DNA of 64,000 nucleotides from Candidatus Hydrogenedentota bacterium (GCA_963668025.2 CAXXTH010000010.1:704001-768000); one strand, 5' to 3'. Counted from the stretch's first letter, positions 1 through 11,005 are shown. The notes: generated by a model not told the origin, from the sequence alone. Numbers and translations: made by a program.

Positions 1-1194
1 GTGCGTACGCCCATTGATACGCCGCTGGCTTGTTTTCTGTTTTTTTCGGCATTGTCATTCGTTCTCAATCACGCCGATCCACGAGGCGCGGTCATTTCCT
101 ACCAGGCATTCTTGCGTGGCATTTTGCTGGTGTTTTATGTGGTCTTTTACATCCAATTTACGAAACGAGACGCCCGGGCGCTGCTCCAACTCGTTGTATT
201 CATCGCCCTGGCCGAAGCCTTCATCGGCGTGGCCCAATCCGTAGTCGGCCCATCCGCGAATGTATTCCTTGCCCCTGTAGGCGGCGAGTTTGGCGAGTAC
301 ACTGTCGGCCGTATGACGCAATACATGTATACGAGTGGATTCCAAGTGTTCGCCACCATGGGCCGCTACAACGTGCTCGCATCCTATCTCTCGTTCGCCA
401 TCCTTCTCACGATACCTTTCTTCAAACACTATCCCCGTCAACGCGGGATACTCGCCTTTTTTTATTTGATCGCAGGCGCGTGCCTGGCGCTCACCGCCGC
501 GCGGGGGCCATGGCTTGGATTCGCGGCAGGCCTTTGGACACTCTATGCCATGCGCAAAGACTGGCGCGCGTTTGTATTGCCGTTATTGGGGTGTTTGGGC
601 GTCATCTACCTTTTTTTGATGTTTCAGGATCAGCTCCAATACATCGGCACGGATAACGCCTCGCCGCTGCAACGCGTACTCGAGCTGTTCACCACGAAGT
701 ACGTCAAAGTGCATACCTCCAACTTTGGACGCTTGTATTTCATTTTCATATTCCCATTCGAAGTGCTGCGGAATAATCCGCTGCATTTCTGTTTTGGTTT
801 CGGGCCCGGCATGCTGGGGGATAGGGCCATCGCCATTCTGGATGTGAATGTGCTCAGTGCTTTCGGGATGAGCAATTATGAAGCTCCCCAAGTGGCGGAT
901 GTGAACTGGGTGTATATTTTTGCTCAGGCGGGTTTTTTCGCCTTGCTGGCCGCGTTGTGGATGTATTGGCGCGTGGTGCGCGCCGCGTACCGCATTTATC
1001 AACGCTCGGATGACCTATTTTTAAAGTGCCTGGCGCAAGGTTTTTTGTGCGCCTTGGTGCAGCACCTCGTGTCGGCCTGTTTCACGGCCGTTCTTGAGAT
1101 TCGGCCTCTCGCGCTCACCATGTGGCTGGTTGCCGCCGTAGTGCTCAAGCTGGGGTACAAGCACATTACGAAGCAACAAGAGGCGGCTCCATGA
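1..1194 (+). CDS. O-antigen polymerase/ligase-like (Wzy_C) membrane protein, probably 5'-truncated by the window edge
   Basis: Many transmembrane segments, LTAARGPW and FGFGPG motifs typical of the O-antigen ligase/Wzy family; ATGA overlap with a flippase gene. Confidence 0.7.
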   Translation: MRTPIDTPLACFLFFSALSFVLNHADPRGAVISYQAFLRGILLVFYVVFYIQFTKRDARALLQLVVFIALAEAFIGVAQSVVGPSANVFLAPVGGEFGEYTVGRMTQYMYTSGFQVFATMGRYNVLASYLSFAILLTIPFFKHYPRQRGILAFFYLIAGACLALTAARGPWLGFAAGLWTLYAMRKDWRAFVLPLLGCLGVIYLFLMFQDQLQYIGTDNASPLQRVLELFTTKYVKVHTSNFGRLYFIFIFPFEVLRNNPLHFCFGFGPGMLGDRAIAILDVNVLSAFGMSNYEAPQVADVNWVYIFAQAGFFALLAALWMYWRVVRAAYRIYQRSDDLFLKCLAQGFLCALVQHLVSACFTAVLEIRPLALTMWLVAAVVLKLGYKHITKQQEAAP

Positions 1195-2648
1195 AGGCCC
1201 GCCACGCCGCCACCAGCGTCATGCTTCTGTTCGCCGCCAGCACGGTGGCGCGAGTGTCTTTTGCATTTATTGGCATCTGGATTGCCCCCTATTTAGGGCC
1301 GAAAGACGCGGGCGTGTTCTTCATTGCTTTGGCCTTCACGAACATGTTCGCCGTCATACCTGATTTTGGCGTGAGCCCTCTCGTGGTGCGGGAAGGAGCG
1401 CGTGATCCCTCGGGGACGCCGCGCTATTTTGGCGCGGGCCTTGCTTTCTACGCCGTATCCGCCACGGTGGTCTACGGCGTGATGCTCGTAAGCGCGCGGC
1501 TAATCGGATACGACGGGCTTGTGCTTCAAATCGTGGCCATCATGAGCCTGGTGATCATCGGAAAGGCGGGCGAACAAGTGGCCACAACCGTTCTTCAGCT
1601 TCGCGAAAAACTGCATATCACGGCATGCGTGCAATTCATCACGGCAATAGGCGCGCTTTTTTTGGTCTATCGCGCTATGCACCGGGGCGCTGGGGTTGTG
1701 GATATCACCTGGGCGATACTAGTGGCGGGCGCTGTAAGCGTCATCGCTTTGCTGGCCATCGCGGTAATGTTATGCCGGCCCAAATTCGATCTCGCCACTA
1801 TCCGCTATATGTTGCCTGAATCTTGGCCTTTCGGCGCGGCGGCCATGCTGGTGACCATTTACTTATGGGCGGGCGTTGTCATTCTTTCACGCATATGCTC
1901 GGAGGCCGATGTGGGCCAATACTCCGCGGCATTTAGACTCAACACGATGCTGTATCTATTGCCTACAGTTTTATTGAACCAAGTGTTGGCTCCTCCTATG
2001 TTTGCCTGGGCTAAAACGGACACGGTGCGCCTCGGCAATTTATACCGAGTCCTTTCGCGGCATTTGCTCATGACGGGCTTGGGAGCGGGAGCCGCGCTAT
2101 TTGTCTTGCGCGAGCCGGTGATCCACTTGGTGTACGGTTCGGCCTTCGCTCCGGCGGCGGGCGTGCTTGCCATATTATGCTGGGTGCTCCCTGTGCGTTT
2201 TCTGGCCACCAGCACGAGCGCCATACTCACCGTCACGGACCAAATGCGGATGAAGAATGTATATCAGCTTTGGGTGGCGCTGCTGTTGATCCTATCCAGC
2301 CTGATTCTTATTCCGTTATACGGTTATATGGGCCTTGCCGCCGCCGTGGCTATAACGGAAACGGCCTTGCTCGCCAGTTATTGGGTGGGGGCGGGCAAAC
2401 GCTTTTATCTGCTGCGTCCGTTCCATGACCTTAGAATAGTCCACGTGAGCGCGGCGGCGTTCCTGATGGTTCTGGTGCTGATGGCTTTACGCGGCCATGT
2501 TCCCCTCGCCATTACCATTTTTGCGGGAGGGCTGGCTTACCTGGCGGCGCTATTCGCGGTGCGTTATTTCGATCAAGGCGATTACGACTTGGTGCGTGCG
2601 ATCATATCGGTCCGCCGCAAACGCGGCGCCACGGAAACAGAAGCCTAA
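1191..2648 (+). CDS. Wzx-type polysaccharide flippase (MOP superfamily)
   Basis: About 14 transmembrane segments, DFGVSPLVVRE and VGQYSAA motifs; ATG at 1191 overlaps the upstream stop. Confidence 0.8.
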   Translation: MKARHAATSVMLLFAASTVARVSFAFIGIWIAPYLGPKDAGVFFIALAFTNMFAVIPDFGVSPLVVREGARDPSGTPRYFGAGLAFYAVSATVVYGVMLVSARLIGYDGLVLQIVAIMSLVIIGKAGEQVATTVLQLREKLHITACVQFITAIGALFLVYRAMHRGAGVVDITWAILVAGAVSVIALLAIAVMLCRPKFDLATIRYMLPESWPFGAAAMLVTIYLWAGVVILSRICSEADVGQYSAAFRLNTMLYLLPTVLLNQVLAPPMFAWAKTDTVRLGNLYRVLSRHLLMTGLGAGAALFVLREPVIHLVYGSAFAPAAGVLAILCWVLPVRFLATSTSAILTVTDQMRMKNVYQLWVALLLILSSLILIPLYGYMGLAAAVAITETALLASYWVGAGKRFYLLRPFHDLRIVHVSAAAFLMVLVLMALRGHVPLAITIFAGGLAYLAALFAVRYFDQGDYDLVRAIISVRRKRGATETEA

Positions 2649-2678
2649 CGCACTTCCAACAACGAATTCACCCGTATA

Positions 2679-4055
2679 TCAGTTCGATTGGCTGCCGGCC
2701 TCGGAAGGCTCGAGGCGCGCATGGAGCATCTGGATGACGGCCGTGAGCTGGCGCGCGTCCTCACGCCTTTGTTGAAGGCGTTCATACATACGGGCGGCTT
2801 CGGCTTCTTTTGCTTCTTGCCGCGTGCGATACCGCTTGCGCACGGCTTCCAATTCGGCCCGATGCTCGCGGCCCATGGCGCTTAGCGCGGCCCGGGCTTC
2901 TTGAAGGAGGTCGTACAGGCGCTGGTTATCCTCGCGTTTTTCCTGAAGCATGGCGTAAATGCGGCGTGCGTCTTCTTCTTTCCCTTTAAACGCGCGGCGG
3001 GATTCATCCAATTTTGTTTGTGATTCCGCTTTGATGGAATCTATTTGCCCGCGCAATTCCTGCACCATTTCATATAAGCGCTGATTGTCAGCCCGCTTCT
3101 CCTCTAATTGCTGGTACAAGTCTTTTGCATCTTGCTCTTTGGCGGTCAACCGCAGATGCAATTCTTTGGCGTCTTGCTCTTTTGCAGCCAGCCGCTGGTG
3201 GAGGTCTTTGGCGTCTTGTTCCTTAGCTTTAAACTTAGCATAGCTATCTTCCGAATCGGCCTTTGATTGCAGATAGCGTTCCGTGAGCATGCCCGTAAGA
3301 TGGTTTAGATCATGGATGATATCTGCTTGGGTATATAGCGTTCCCGTAGGGTGTTGCTCATCTGACAAGGCATCCAGCGAGGCCAATCCAGGCAGGCGGC
3401 CCAGCAAGGAGGGATACCCCTCATAGTCCGGTTTGGCGGCGATGCAGACAATCTCTTTAAATACGGGGCGGCTGAAGGGGAAAATGGATTTATATCCATG
3501 TTCAGGCCTGTAGTGGTGCTGCTCTGGAGGAGAGGTTATCGGGTGGATGGCGAAGTGGCTGGTGTCCGCCACATCCCCCCGCCCGGCAATCGTGCGGCGC
3601 TGCACGCCGAGGCTGTCCAGTATTTGCACGAGATGATGCGAGGCGAGGTGGAACCGGTGGATCTTCCAATCGGACCAGTAGAATTTGAGCCCCAAACCCG
3701 CTAGATACTCGTCGGCGTCATACCATGGGCCCTGGATATAGACAAAATGCCGGGCCACTCTGACGGCGCTGGCGATGGTTTTCGTTACACTCTCGAATGT
3801 ATGCAAGTGCTCGAGCACATGGCTGATGACGACAAAATCCACGCATTTATCAGGCAGCTCCAGCGCCGTGATATCGCCAAGGAGGCAATCGTATCCTTGG
3901 CGCTGCGCCTTCTCGATTTTCTTCCGATCGAAATCAATGCCTAGCCCCCGTTTGCCGCCAAGATATTCTTTGGCGAATTTCATGGAGTCGCCTTGCGATG
4001 AGCCGAAATCGAGAAAATCAAAAGCCGATAAATCAATATCCGCCAGCGTTTTCAT
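2679..4055 (-). CDS. Class I SAM methyltransferase fused to a long repetitive coiled coil (WbdD-like architecture)
   Basis: LDFGSSQG motif I and SHVLEH; C-terminal AKEQDAK repeats; purine-rich RBS before ATG at 4055. Confidence 0.7.
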   Translation of the reverse strand: MKTLADIDLSAFDFLDFGSSQGDSMKFAKEYLGGKRGLGIDFDRKKIEKAQRQGYDCLLGDITALELPDKCVDFVVISHVLEHLHTFESVTKTIASAVRVARHFVYIQGPWYDADEYLAGLGLKFYWSDWKIHRFHLASHHLVQILDSLGVQRRTIAGRGDVADTSHFAIHPITSPPEQHHYRPEHGYKSIFPFSRPVFKEIVCIAAKPDYEGYPSLLGRLPGLASLDALSDEQHPTGTLYTQADIIHDLNHLTGMLTERYLQSKADSEDSYAKFKAKEQDAKDLHQRLAAKEQDAKELHLRLTAKEQDAKDLYQQLEEKRADNQRLYEMVQELRGQIDSIKAESQTKLDESRRAFKGKEEDARRIYAMLQEKREDNQRLYDLLQEARAALSAMGREHRAELEAVRKRYRTRQEAKEAEAARMYERLQQRREDARQLTAVIQMLHARLEPSEAGSQSN

Positions 4056-4443
4056 ATAAGCGCCGCCTTTCCTCATGCCTTTCCATTCGTATCAAGCGTT
4101 TGATTCATCCTACCTGAGCGCCGCGTGGGAGTCCAGTCGAGCCATGTTCCCGAATATAAAGCGCGGCGTGGAAACAGCACAAAACCTTCGGCGAAATCCC
4201 GGTATGGAGCGTCATAGTCCTGTTTGCCTTTTGGATGAACACACGGGCGTCGGCGTTGCCCAAGACCCGATGGAATGGTATAGCGCTGGACATACTACAA
4301 AGTTATATTTCACGCGAAGCCGCGAAGCCGCAAAGAATACAAAGTTCAACATGCGGCATAACCGCAATATCGAGCTGGATTTTAGGGCCGCTTCATACGC
4401 GGGCAAGGGTATTGCCTACGCGAAAACTTCTTATTTTTCCTTG

Positions 4444-5044
<601 letters not shown>

Positions 5045-5118
5045 CAGAAGCTGGCGCTTAAGGCGCTCATTTTCTTTTCCGGCTTTTACTTCGCTTCCGC
5101 TATGCGCATAATAAGCGG

Positions 5119-6114
5119 ATGCGAATTGGAACTATCGAGATTGGCGGCGTGGGGGGGAAGCCCTTGGCGTTGGCCCCCATGGATGATGTGACGGATATGC
5201 CGTTCCGCCTGTTGTGCAAGGCCCATGGGGCGGACTTGCTGTATACGGAGTTTATCCAGAGCGAGCTGCTTATTCATGGCGGCAAACGCCCCACGAAACG
5301 CTTGGAGTTCGACGAGGCGGAGCGCCCCATCGGCATTCAGTTGTATGGCAGCGCCCAGAACGCTTTACAGCAGGCCGTGGGCATCGTCGAGGCGGTCCGG
5401 CCCGATTTTATCGACATCAACTGCGGCTGCTGGGCGAAGAAGATCGCGGGGCGGGGCGATGGCGCGGGGCTGTTACGCGATCTACGGCGTTTCGAGTCCG
5501 TGGTGCGTACGGTAATCGATGCGGCCCATGCGCCCGTCACGGTCAAGACGCGCCTCGGGTGGGATGATTCGAGCATTGTCATCCTCGATGCGGCGCGGCT
5601 CGTCGAGCAATGCGGGGCGCAGGCCCTTACGGTCCATTGCCGAACGCGCGAGCAAGGTTATTCCGGGCGCGCCGACTGGTTGTGGCTTGAACGCATCAAA
5701 CAGGTGATCGGCATTCCTCTCATCGGCAACGGCGACCTTGAAACGCCTGAGGATGTGAAGCGCATGTTCGAGACGGGATGCGACGGCGCGATGATTGGCC
5801 GGGGGGCTATCTGCAATCCGTGGATATTCGAGCAGGCCAAGTACTACCTCGAAACCGGCGAACACCTGCCGCCGCCCAGCCCCCAGGAACGCATCGGGGA
5901 ATGCCTTCGATTCCTGGAAGCCAATTGCCGGTATAAAGGCGAGGCGTGGGGCGTGCTCGAGTTCCGTAAATATTACTCGGGCTTATTGCGCGGCCTGCCG
6001 GGCCTCGACGCCTTGCGCGCGGAGTTGATGCGTCTGGACGAACTGGAAATGGTGCAGGAGCGGCTGATGCGTGAAGCGCACGCGCTGGCTCCTACCCCAG
6101 CTCGAATGTCGTGA
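5119..6114 (+). CDS. dusB: tRNA-dihydrouridine synthase B
   Basis: LAPM, IDINCGC, VTVKTRLGW, HCRTREQGY, NGD and MIGRGA motifs. Confidence 0.9.
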   Translation: MRIGTIEIGGVGGKPLALAPMDDVTDMPFRLLCKAHGADLLYTEFIQSELLIHGGKRPTKRLEFDEAERPIGIQLYGSAQNALQQAVGIVEAVRPDFIDINCGCWAKKIAGRGDGAGLLRDLRRFESVVRTVIDAAHAPVTVKTRLGWDDSSIVILDAARLVEQCGAQALTVHCRTREQGYSGRADWLWLERIKQVIGIPLIGNGDLETPEDVKRMFETGCDGAMIGRGAICNPWIFEQAKYYLETGEHLPPPSPQERIGECLRFLEANCRYKGEAWGVLEFRKYYSGLLRGLPGLDALRAELMRLDELEMVQERLMREAHALAPTPARMS

Positions 6115-6940
6115 CGCCGAAGATCTCCTGTAATGGCAGTTCCGGCGCGCCGTGGGTGTACATGCGGGCGGTTTCGAATACGGTGCGCATGCCGTACCGA
6201 TGGGCCAATGCAACGGCTTCACGGTTCACCTCTGGCACATCCAGGTAGACGGGTTCGCCGGGCGCGTGAGAAGCGAGGGCTTGGTAGAGCGTCTCCGCTT
6301 CTTCGGGGCCATCGGCGAATAGAGGGCCGATTTTGAATCCTTTCACGCAGGGCCGCAATACGCCATAACCGCGAAGGCGGCCATCGCGCATGATGCCCAA
6401 GGCGGCGCCTTGCGGCTGGCTTACCCATAATCGCAGGAATCGCTCCCGCTGCGCGGGGAAGTGTCGTGTGTCGTAGGCCAGGATTTCCTCGAAAGGAAGC
6501 GCCGTGAGGGAAACGGCATCCGCAGGCTTGCTGCCTCCGCCGATGGCCTCGAAGCGGATGTTGCGGTAAGCCATTTGAAATCCGAGGCGTTTGTAATTTT
6601 CTTGCCGTTCAAGGACGCCGTCAATGCCCACATTCCGGCCTGCCAAGTATCTAGAGGAACGCCGCCAGAGGGACACACCGATGCCGGATTGCCGGTATTC
6701 AGGCACGACGATATAGAGCCCGCCGAAGCCAAAAGAATCGCCATACGCGACCGCGCTGGCGGAGCCCACTGGCTGGCTGTCGCATTCGGCGAGGAAGAAT
6801 CCGTTTGGGTCGGTGTCGTAAAAGATGGCGGCGTCGTTGACGCCAGGATTCCAGCCTTCGGCGGCGGCCCACGAAACCGCGAGCGCCGCTTCTTCGCGCG
6901 TCATGTGGCGCAGGTGCAATCGTGATTCATTCTGGCTCAT
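6092..6940 (-). CDS. GNAT family N-acetyltransferase (YitH/Acetyltransf_18-like)
   Basis: AAAEGWNPG, YRQSGIG, KIGPLFAD and terminal TTFELG. Confidence 0.85.
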   Translation of the reverse strand: MSQNESRLHLRHMTREEAALAVSWAAAEGWNPGVNDAAIFYDTDPNGFFLAECDSQPVGSASAVAYGDSFGFGGLYIVVPEYRQSGIGVSLWRRSSRYLAGRNVGIDGVLERQENYKRLGFQMAYRNIRFEAIGGGSKPADAVSLTALPFEEILAYDTRHFPAQRERFLRLWVSQPQGAALGIMRDGRLRGYGVLRPCVKGFKIGPLFADGPEEAETLYQALASHAPGEPVYLDVPEVNREAVALAHRYGMRTVFETARMYTHGAPELPLQEIFGVTTFELG

Positions 6941-6985
6941 ATGCGCCCCCTGCGAATGTAATGGCTCCGGCGGTATCTTAATGGA

Positions 6986-8026
6986 TTATCGCTGCAAGGC
7001 GATAACCAGCCGTTCCGCACATTGCCGCCATGTGTGTTGTCCCGCGATTTGGCGTCCAGATTTGGTGCGGTGTTCGCGCTGTTCGGCGCTTTCCGATATA
7101 GCGTGCAGAGTAAGGGCGGATAAGGCGGACTCGCTTAATGGGTCGCAATAGAAGGGCGCGCTGCGGGCCATCTCAGGGATGGCGCCGGTTTTGCCGGTTA
7201 AGATGCGTGCGCCGCAATGGAGAGCCTCGATGACGGTCATGCCGGAAGGGTCGGCCACAGCCGGATAGAGTACGAGGTCTGCGTAGCGGTATAAGCCTGG
7301 AAGCTGTTCCGCGGGGCAATGGCTGAGCCGGATAATCCGCTCCGTGATGGAGGCTGGCGCTTCTTCTTCGGTTTCTCCCAAGAGCACAAGGGTATGCGGT
7401 ATATCCCGGCTTATACGCTCGAAGGCGCGTATTTGCATGCTTGCCCTGTTTCGCATCTGGCCCTGGCATAAGGCCAGCAGATAAGGCTCCTCGACCATAT
7501 GCGGCGGCGGCTCGAGCTGGCAGATATGGCCGACGCCAGGCCCGGCCACGACAATGCGGTCGAGGGGCATGCCCAGGCCATTCAGGAGGCGCTTGCGGGC
7601 GTATTCAGAGGCGGCTACCATGACGGAAGCTTTTTCTGCCACGCGTTTGAGATCCTTGATGCGGCATTCGCTCCACAAGAGGGAATCTTCACCCGATTCG
7701 TCTAGCGGCCCAAGGCTCACGATAAAAGGCACGATGGGCGATGGGCAACGGATGGGCGCGGTAGCGGCTGGACTGAGCAGGCGGTCCACGGCGGCTGAGG
7801 TGATAACGCGGCGGAACAGGGACTCCGAGCTGGTGAAACGGGATTCGCTCGGGTTCACGCAGATGCGTTCCCAGCCATCGTAGGAGTCATGGTTTTGGGG
7901 GTCTGTAAAGAAGATGAATTCCCAATCGGGTTTGGCTTCGCGCAAGGCGCGCATGGCCTCCCGCAAATAGGTGTCTTCTTCTCCGCCGCCTGGCGTCAGA
8001 TGAATGGTGTTCACTCCTATGCGCAT
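6986..8026 (-). CDS. Glycosyltransferase family 4 (divergent)
   Basis: MRIGVN start; LYRYADLVLYP..DPSGMTVIEA..CG; terminal TWRQCAE. Confidence 0.75.
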   Translation of the reverse strand: MRIGVNTIHLTPGGGEEDTYLREAMRALREAKPDWEFIFFTDPQNHDSYDGWERICVNPSESRFTSSESLFRRVITSAAVDRLLSPAATAPIRCPSPIVPFIVSLGPLDESGEDSLLWSECRIKDLKRVAEKASVMVAASEYARKRLLNGLGMPLDRIVVAGPGVGHICQLEPPPHMVEEPYLLALCQGQMRNRASMQIRAFERISRDIPHTLVLLGETEEEAPASITERIIRLSHCPAEQLPGLYRYADLVLYPAVADPSGMTVIEALHCGARILTGKTGAIPEMARSAPFYCDPLSESALSALTLHAISESAEQREHRTKSGRQIAGQHTWRQCAERLVIALQR

Positions 8027-8056
8027 GGAGATGTCATATCCTTTGGAGGGTTGTGT

Positions 8057-8440
8057 TTATTCGATGTAGCCGAGATCGGATAACCGTTTACGAATAAGCT
8101 CTTCTTCTTCCGGCGTGGCGGTGTGGGCCTCGAGCGAAACAAGCCCCTCAGCGGCCAAGTCGTCCAGGATTTTCTCGGCGGCGAATTCCGGCGTATCGTG
8201 GGCGTCGATAGTAAAGGCTAGGCAATCGCAATCCACTTGCATGCAGCCACAGGTTACGACGACTAACGCGCCCTGGTCCGCCAATTGCCGGCAGATAAAG
8301 CCGCTGGCGGAACCGAGCCGAAAACCTTCTTCATTGCCGATACGTTCGACTTGGCGGCCTAGTTCGGTCAATCGTGTAATAAGCGCACGGGTGGTTTCTT
8401 CAACGTGTGCGCCGCGCAGGCGTATGGCTTTGCCTTGCAT
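8057..8440 (-). CDS. Small degenerate APS-kinase-like protein with C-terminal EEEELIRKRLSDLGYIE motif
   Basis: Resembles the CysC outline (GFICRQLADQGALVVV, TPEFAAEKIL) but has no P-loop; lies in the sat operon. Confidence 0.5.
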   Translation of the reverse strand: MQGKAIRLRGAHVEETTRALITRLTELGRQVERIGNEEGFRLGSASGFICRQLADQGALVVVTCGCMQVDCDCLAFTIDAHDTPEFAAEKILDDLAAEGLVSLEAHTATPEEEELIRKRLSDLGYIE

Positions 8441-8453
8441 GTTCACTTTTCCT

Positions 8454-9833
8454 CTACCGAATGATGTGTCCGCCCATGCCTTCTGGAATCGCGACGCCAC
8501 AGGCGTTCAACACCGTGGGGGCTACATCCATCAGTTGCAGGCCATTTTTTTCACCCCGTGGGGCATCCGCGCCCGATAGGATGAATATGCCGTCATAATC
8601 ATGGTTGGCGTCGTCAGGGCCGGTATCGTTCTCTTTAGCATATAGGGCCTCCGAACCGCCCACCTCGCCCACGGAACGCCAATCCAGATCGCCGAAATAC
8701 ACGAATAAGTCTGGAGCCACGCCGTTCACGGTGCGATAGAGTTCTTGCGGCTTGAGGGCGCGGTTGCCCAGCAGCTTGCCATCGGGGCCCGGCATGGCCT
8801 CAATGCGTGCGGCGAGTTCATCGCGAAAGGCTTCATACTCTTGTACGGCTATGACGCCTTCCGGCTCCCGGCCTTGCACATTCAAAAACACGCGCCCGTA
8901 ATACCCGCCGCTGGCCCATGCTTTCGTGCGCGGCCAATCCACCGTACAATCCTCGAAACGCTTGGGCTCCTTCAAATCATCCTGGACCGCGAGCAGGCCT
9001 TCTTGGATAAGCCACTGGTTGATACGCACGCCGCCATACATGGATTTCGCGCCATGGTCCGATACGATGAGCACGTCCGTATTCCCGCCAGCAAGGTCCA
9101 CCAGCTCGCCGATGCGCTGGTCCACCGCTTGGTAATAGTCTCGAAGGACGTTCTGGTAGGGATTTCCGGGCTCATGGCGTGGATGGGCCGGATCTCCATA
9201 TTTCCAAAACCCGTGGTGGAGCCGGTCCACGCCCATCTCGACCATCATGAAGAAATCCCATGGCTTTGACGCCATTAGATGGCGCGCCACGGCGAATCGA
9301 TTTTCCATAAGGTCATAAATGCGCTGGAGAAGGCCGTCTTTATCTTTCGTGCGGAAATCTTTTACATCAATGATGTATCCGCCGCATTCTGATTCCAGTT
9401 CCGCCTTGAGATTGCGGGGATAGGTGTATTCCGAGTTGGTGTCTGGCGCGAGAAAGCCTGACACCAGCCAGCCATTCACCGGTTTGACCGGATAGGTTTG
9501 GGGGACGCCGAGAACCACGACTTTTTTGCCCGCGCGGGAGAGAATGTCCCACACGCGGGGAACCGTGATGGCGGAGGCGTTTGCGGTAAACATGCCATCA
9601 TAGGAATGATCGCGGCGGTTGCGAAAGCCGTAGATGCCTAGCTCGCCCGGATCGCGGCCCGACATCATGCATGCCCATGCGGGCACGGTGATGGGCGGAT
9701 CGCAGCTTCGCAGCCGCCCCCAACAGCCCCCATCCATCAGGGCGCGCAGCCGGGGCATGGGAAAAGCTTCCGGTCCGAACACCCATCGCGGGGCGGCGCA
9801 GTCGAGTCCGATTACCAACACGCGGCGGTTCAT
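8454..9833 (-). CDS. Alkaline-phosphatase-superfamily phosphodiesterase/nucleotide pyrophosphatase
   Basis: VIGLDC, PPITVPAW (Thr nucleophile), DRLHH, VSDHG and ANHD metal-ligand motifs. Confidence 0.85.
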   Translation of the reverse strand: MNRRVLVIGLDCAAPRWVFGPEAFPMPRLRALMDGGCWGRLRSCDPPITVPAWACMMSGRDPGELGIYGFRNRRDHSYDGMFTANASAITVPRVWDILSRAGKKVVVLGVPQTYPVKPVNGWLVSGFLAPDTNSEYTYPRNLKAELESECGGYIIDVKDFRTKDKDGLLQRIYDLMENRFAVARHLMASKPWDFFMMVEMGVDRLHHGFWKYGDPAHPRHEPGNPYQNVLRDYYQAVDQRIGELVDLAGGNTDVLIVSDHGAKSMYGGVRINQWLIQEGLLAVQDDLKEPKRFEDCTVDWPRTKAWASGGYYGRVFLNVQGREPEGVIAVQEYEAFRDELAARIEAMPGPDGKLLGNRALKPQELYRTVNGVAPDLFVYFGDLDWRSVGEVGGSEALYAKENDTGPDDANHDYDGIFILSGADAPRGEKNGLQLMDVAPTVLNACGVAIPEGMGGHIIR

Positions 9834-9850
9834 GGTAAAACGCCCCTGGC

Positions 9851-11005
9851 TTATTGCTCTTTTTGCGCCCACTCGATCAAGATTTGAGCTACTTCAGGCC
9901 GGGTAAATTCGGGTGGAGGCATGATCCCTGCTTTAAGCATTTCACGGACTTTCGTGCCGCTCAGGAATACATGGTCATCGTTCGTGCCCGGGCAGGTTTT
10001 TTTAGACGCCATGCTCTGCGTGCGCTTCGAGTAGAACGAATGGTCGAAAAATAGGGGAGTGATGCCGATCTCGGCCGGATCAAATTCATCGAAGATGTAA
10101 TGGGCGTCATAGGTGCCGTAATAATTGCCGACGCCCGCATGGTCGCGGCCCACGATGAAATGAGTGCAGCCATAATTCCTGCGGATGATGGCGTGCATGA
10201 TGGCCTCTTTCGGCCCAGCATAACGCATATTCACCGGCATGAGGGAGAGCATGACATGGTCTTGGGGGTAGTATTTTTCCATGAGCGCCTGATAGCACCG
10301 CATGCGCACATCGCCGGGGATGTCATCGCTCTTGGTGGTGCCCATCAGCGGATGGATCAGGAGCCCATCGCACATTTCGAGGGCGCATTTGGTCAAATAT
10401 TCATGGGCGCGGTGAATGGGGTTGCGGGTCTGGAAGGCCACGATACGCCGCCAGCCGCGGCTCTCGAAGGCGGCGCGGGTTTCGATGGGGGTGAGATTAT
10501 ATTCTTGGAACTCGATCGTGCGGGCCTTGAGGACATCGAGGCCGCCCGCGAGAAACACTTCGCCCCGAGCGAGGGTGTATTGCACGCCCGGATGGTTCTC
10601 ATCCAAAGTGCGGTACACTTTTTCGGCGATCTCGCGGTGGTCGATATGGAATTTTTCGCTCAAGTGCAAAATGGACGACATATCGCCCATGTCGTCGACG
10701 ATGGCGATCTCTGAGCCTATCTCAAATGCTTGGGCCGTGCTGGCGTCCGTGGAGAGTAAAATGGGGATGGTCCACGGGATGCCAGGGCGCAGGCGCATCG
10801 TATCGAGGACCGAGCGCGTTTCCGCTTCGTTCATGAATCCGCATAGGGGGCTGAATAAACCCTTCGCGATTCCGTCGATATCAAACGCGGCATAGGCGTC
10901 CACGTGGAGCTTAGGCAATTTGGCCGCTTTGGCTTTGGCCGATTCCAGCGCGGAACCCGACAGCAGCCGGTTGACGAGCAGGCCGCCATGAGGTGCGATA
11001 GGCAT
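9851..11005 (-). CDS. sat: Sulfate adenylyltransferase
   Basis: PHGG start, FQTRNPIHRAHE, YAGPKEA, VGRDHAG and SGTKVRE motifs. Confidence 0.95.
   Translation of the reverse strand: MPIAPHGGLLVNRLLSGSALESAKAKAAKLPKLHVDAYAAFDIDGIAKGLFSPLCGFMNEAETRSVLDTMRLRPGIPWTIPILLSTDASTAQAFEIGSEIAIVDDMGDMSSILHLSEKFHIDHREIAEKVYRTLDENHPGVQYTLARGEVFLAGGLDVLKARTIEFQEYNLTPIETRAAFESRGWRRIVAFQTRNPIHRAHEYLTKCALEMCDGLLIHPLMGTTKSDDIPGDVRMRCYQALMEKYYPQDHVMLSLMPVNMRYAGPKEAIMHAIIRRNYGCTHFIVGRDHAGVGNYYGTYDAHYIFDEFDPAEIGITPLFFDHSFYSKRTQSMASKKTCPGTNDDHVFLSGTKVREMLKAGIMPPPEFTRPEVAQILIEWAQKEQ

Noticed and set aside
5100-5121. Leaderless promoters at dusB and both araC genes
   Set aside because: AT-rich hexamers lie 6 nt before the ATG and no SD is visible, but the matches to TANNNT are too weak without TSS data
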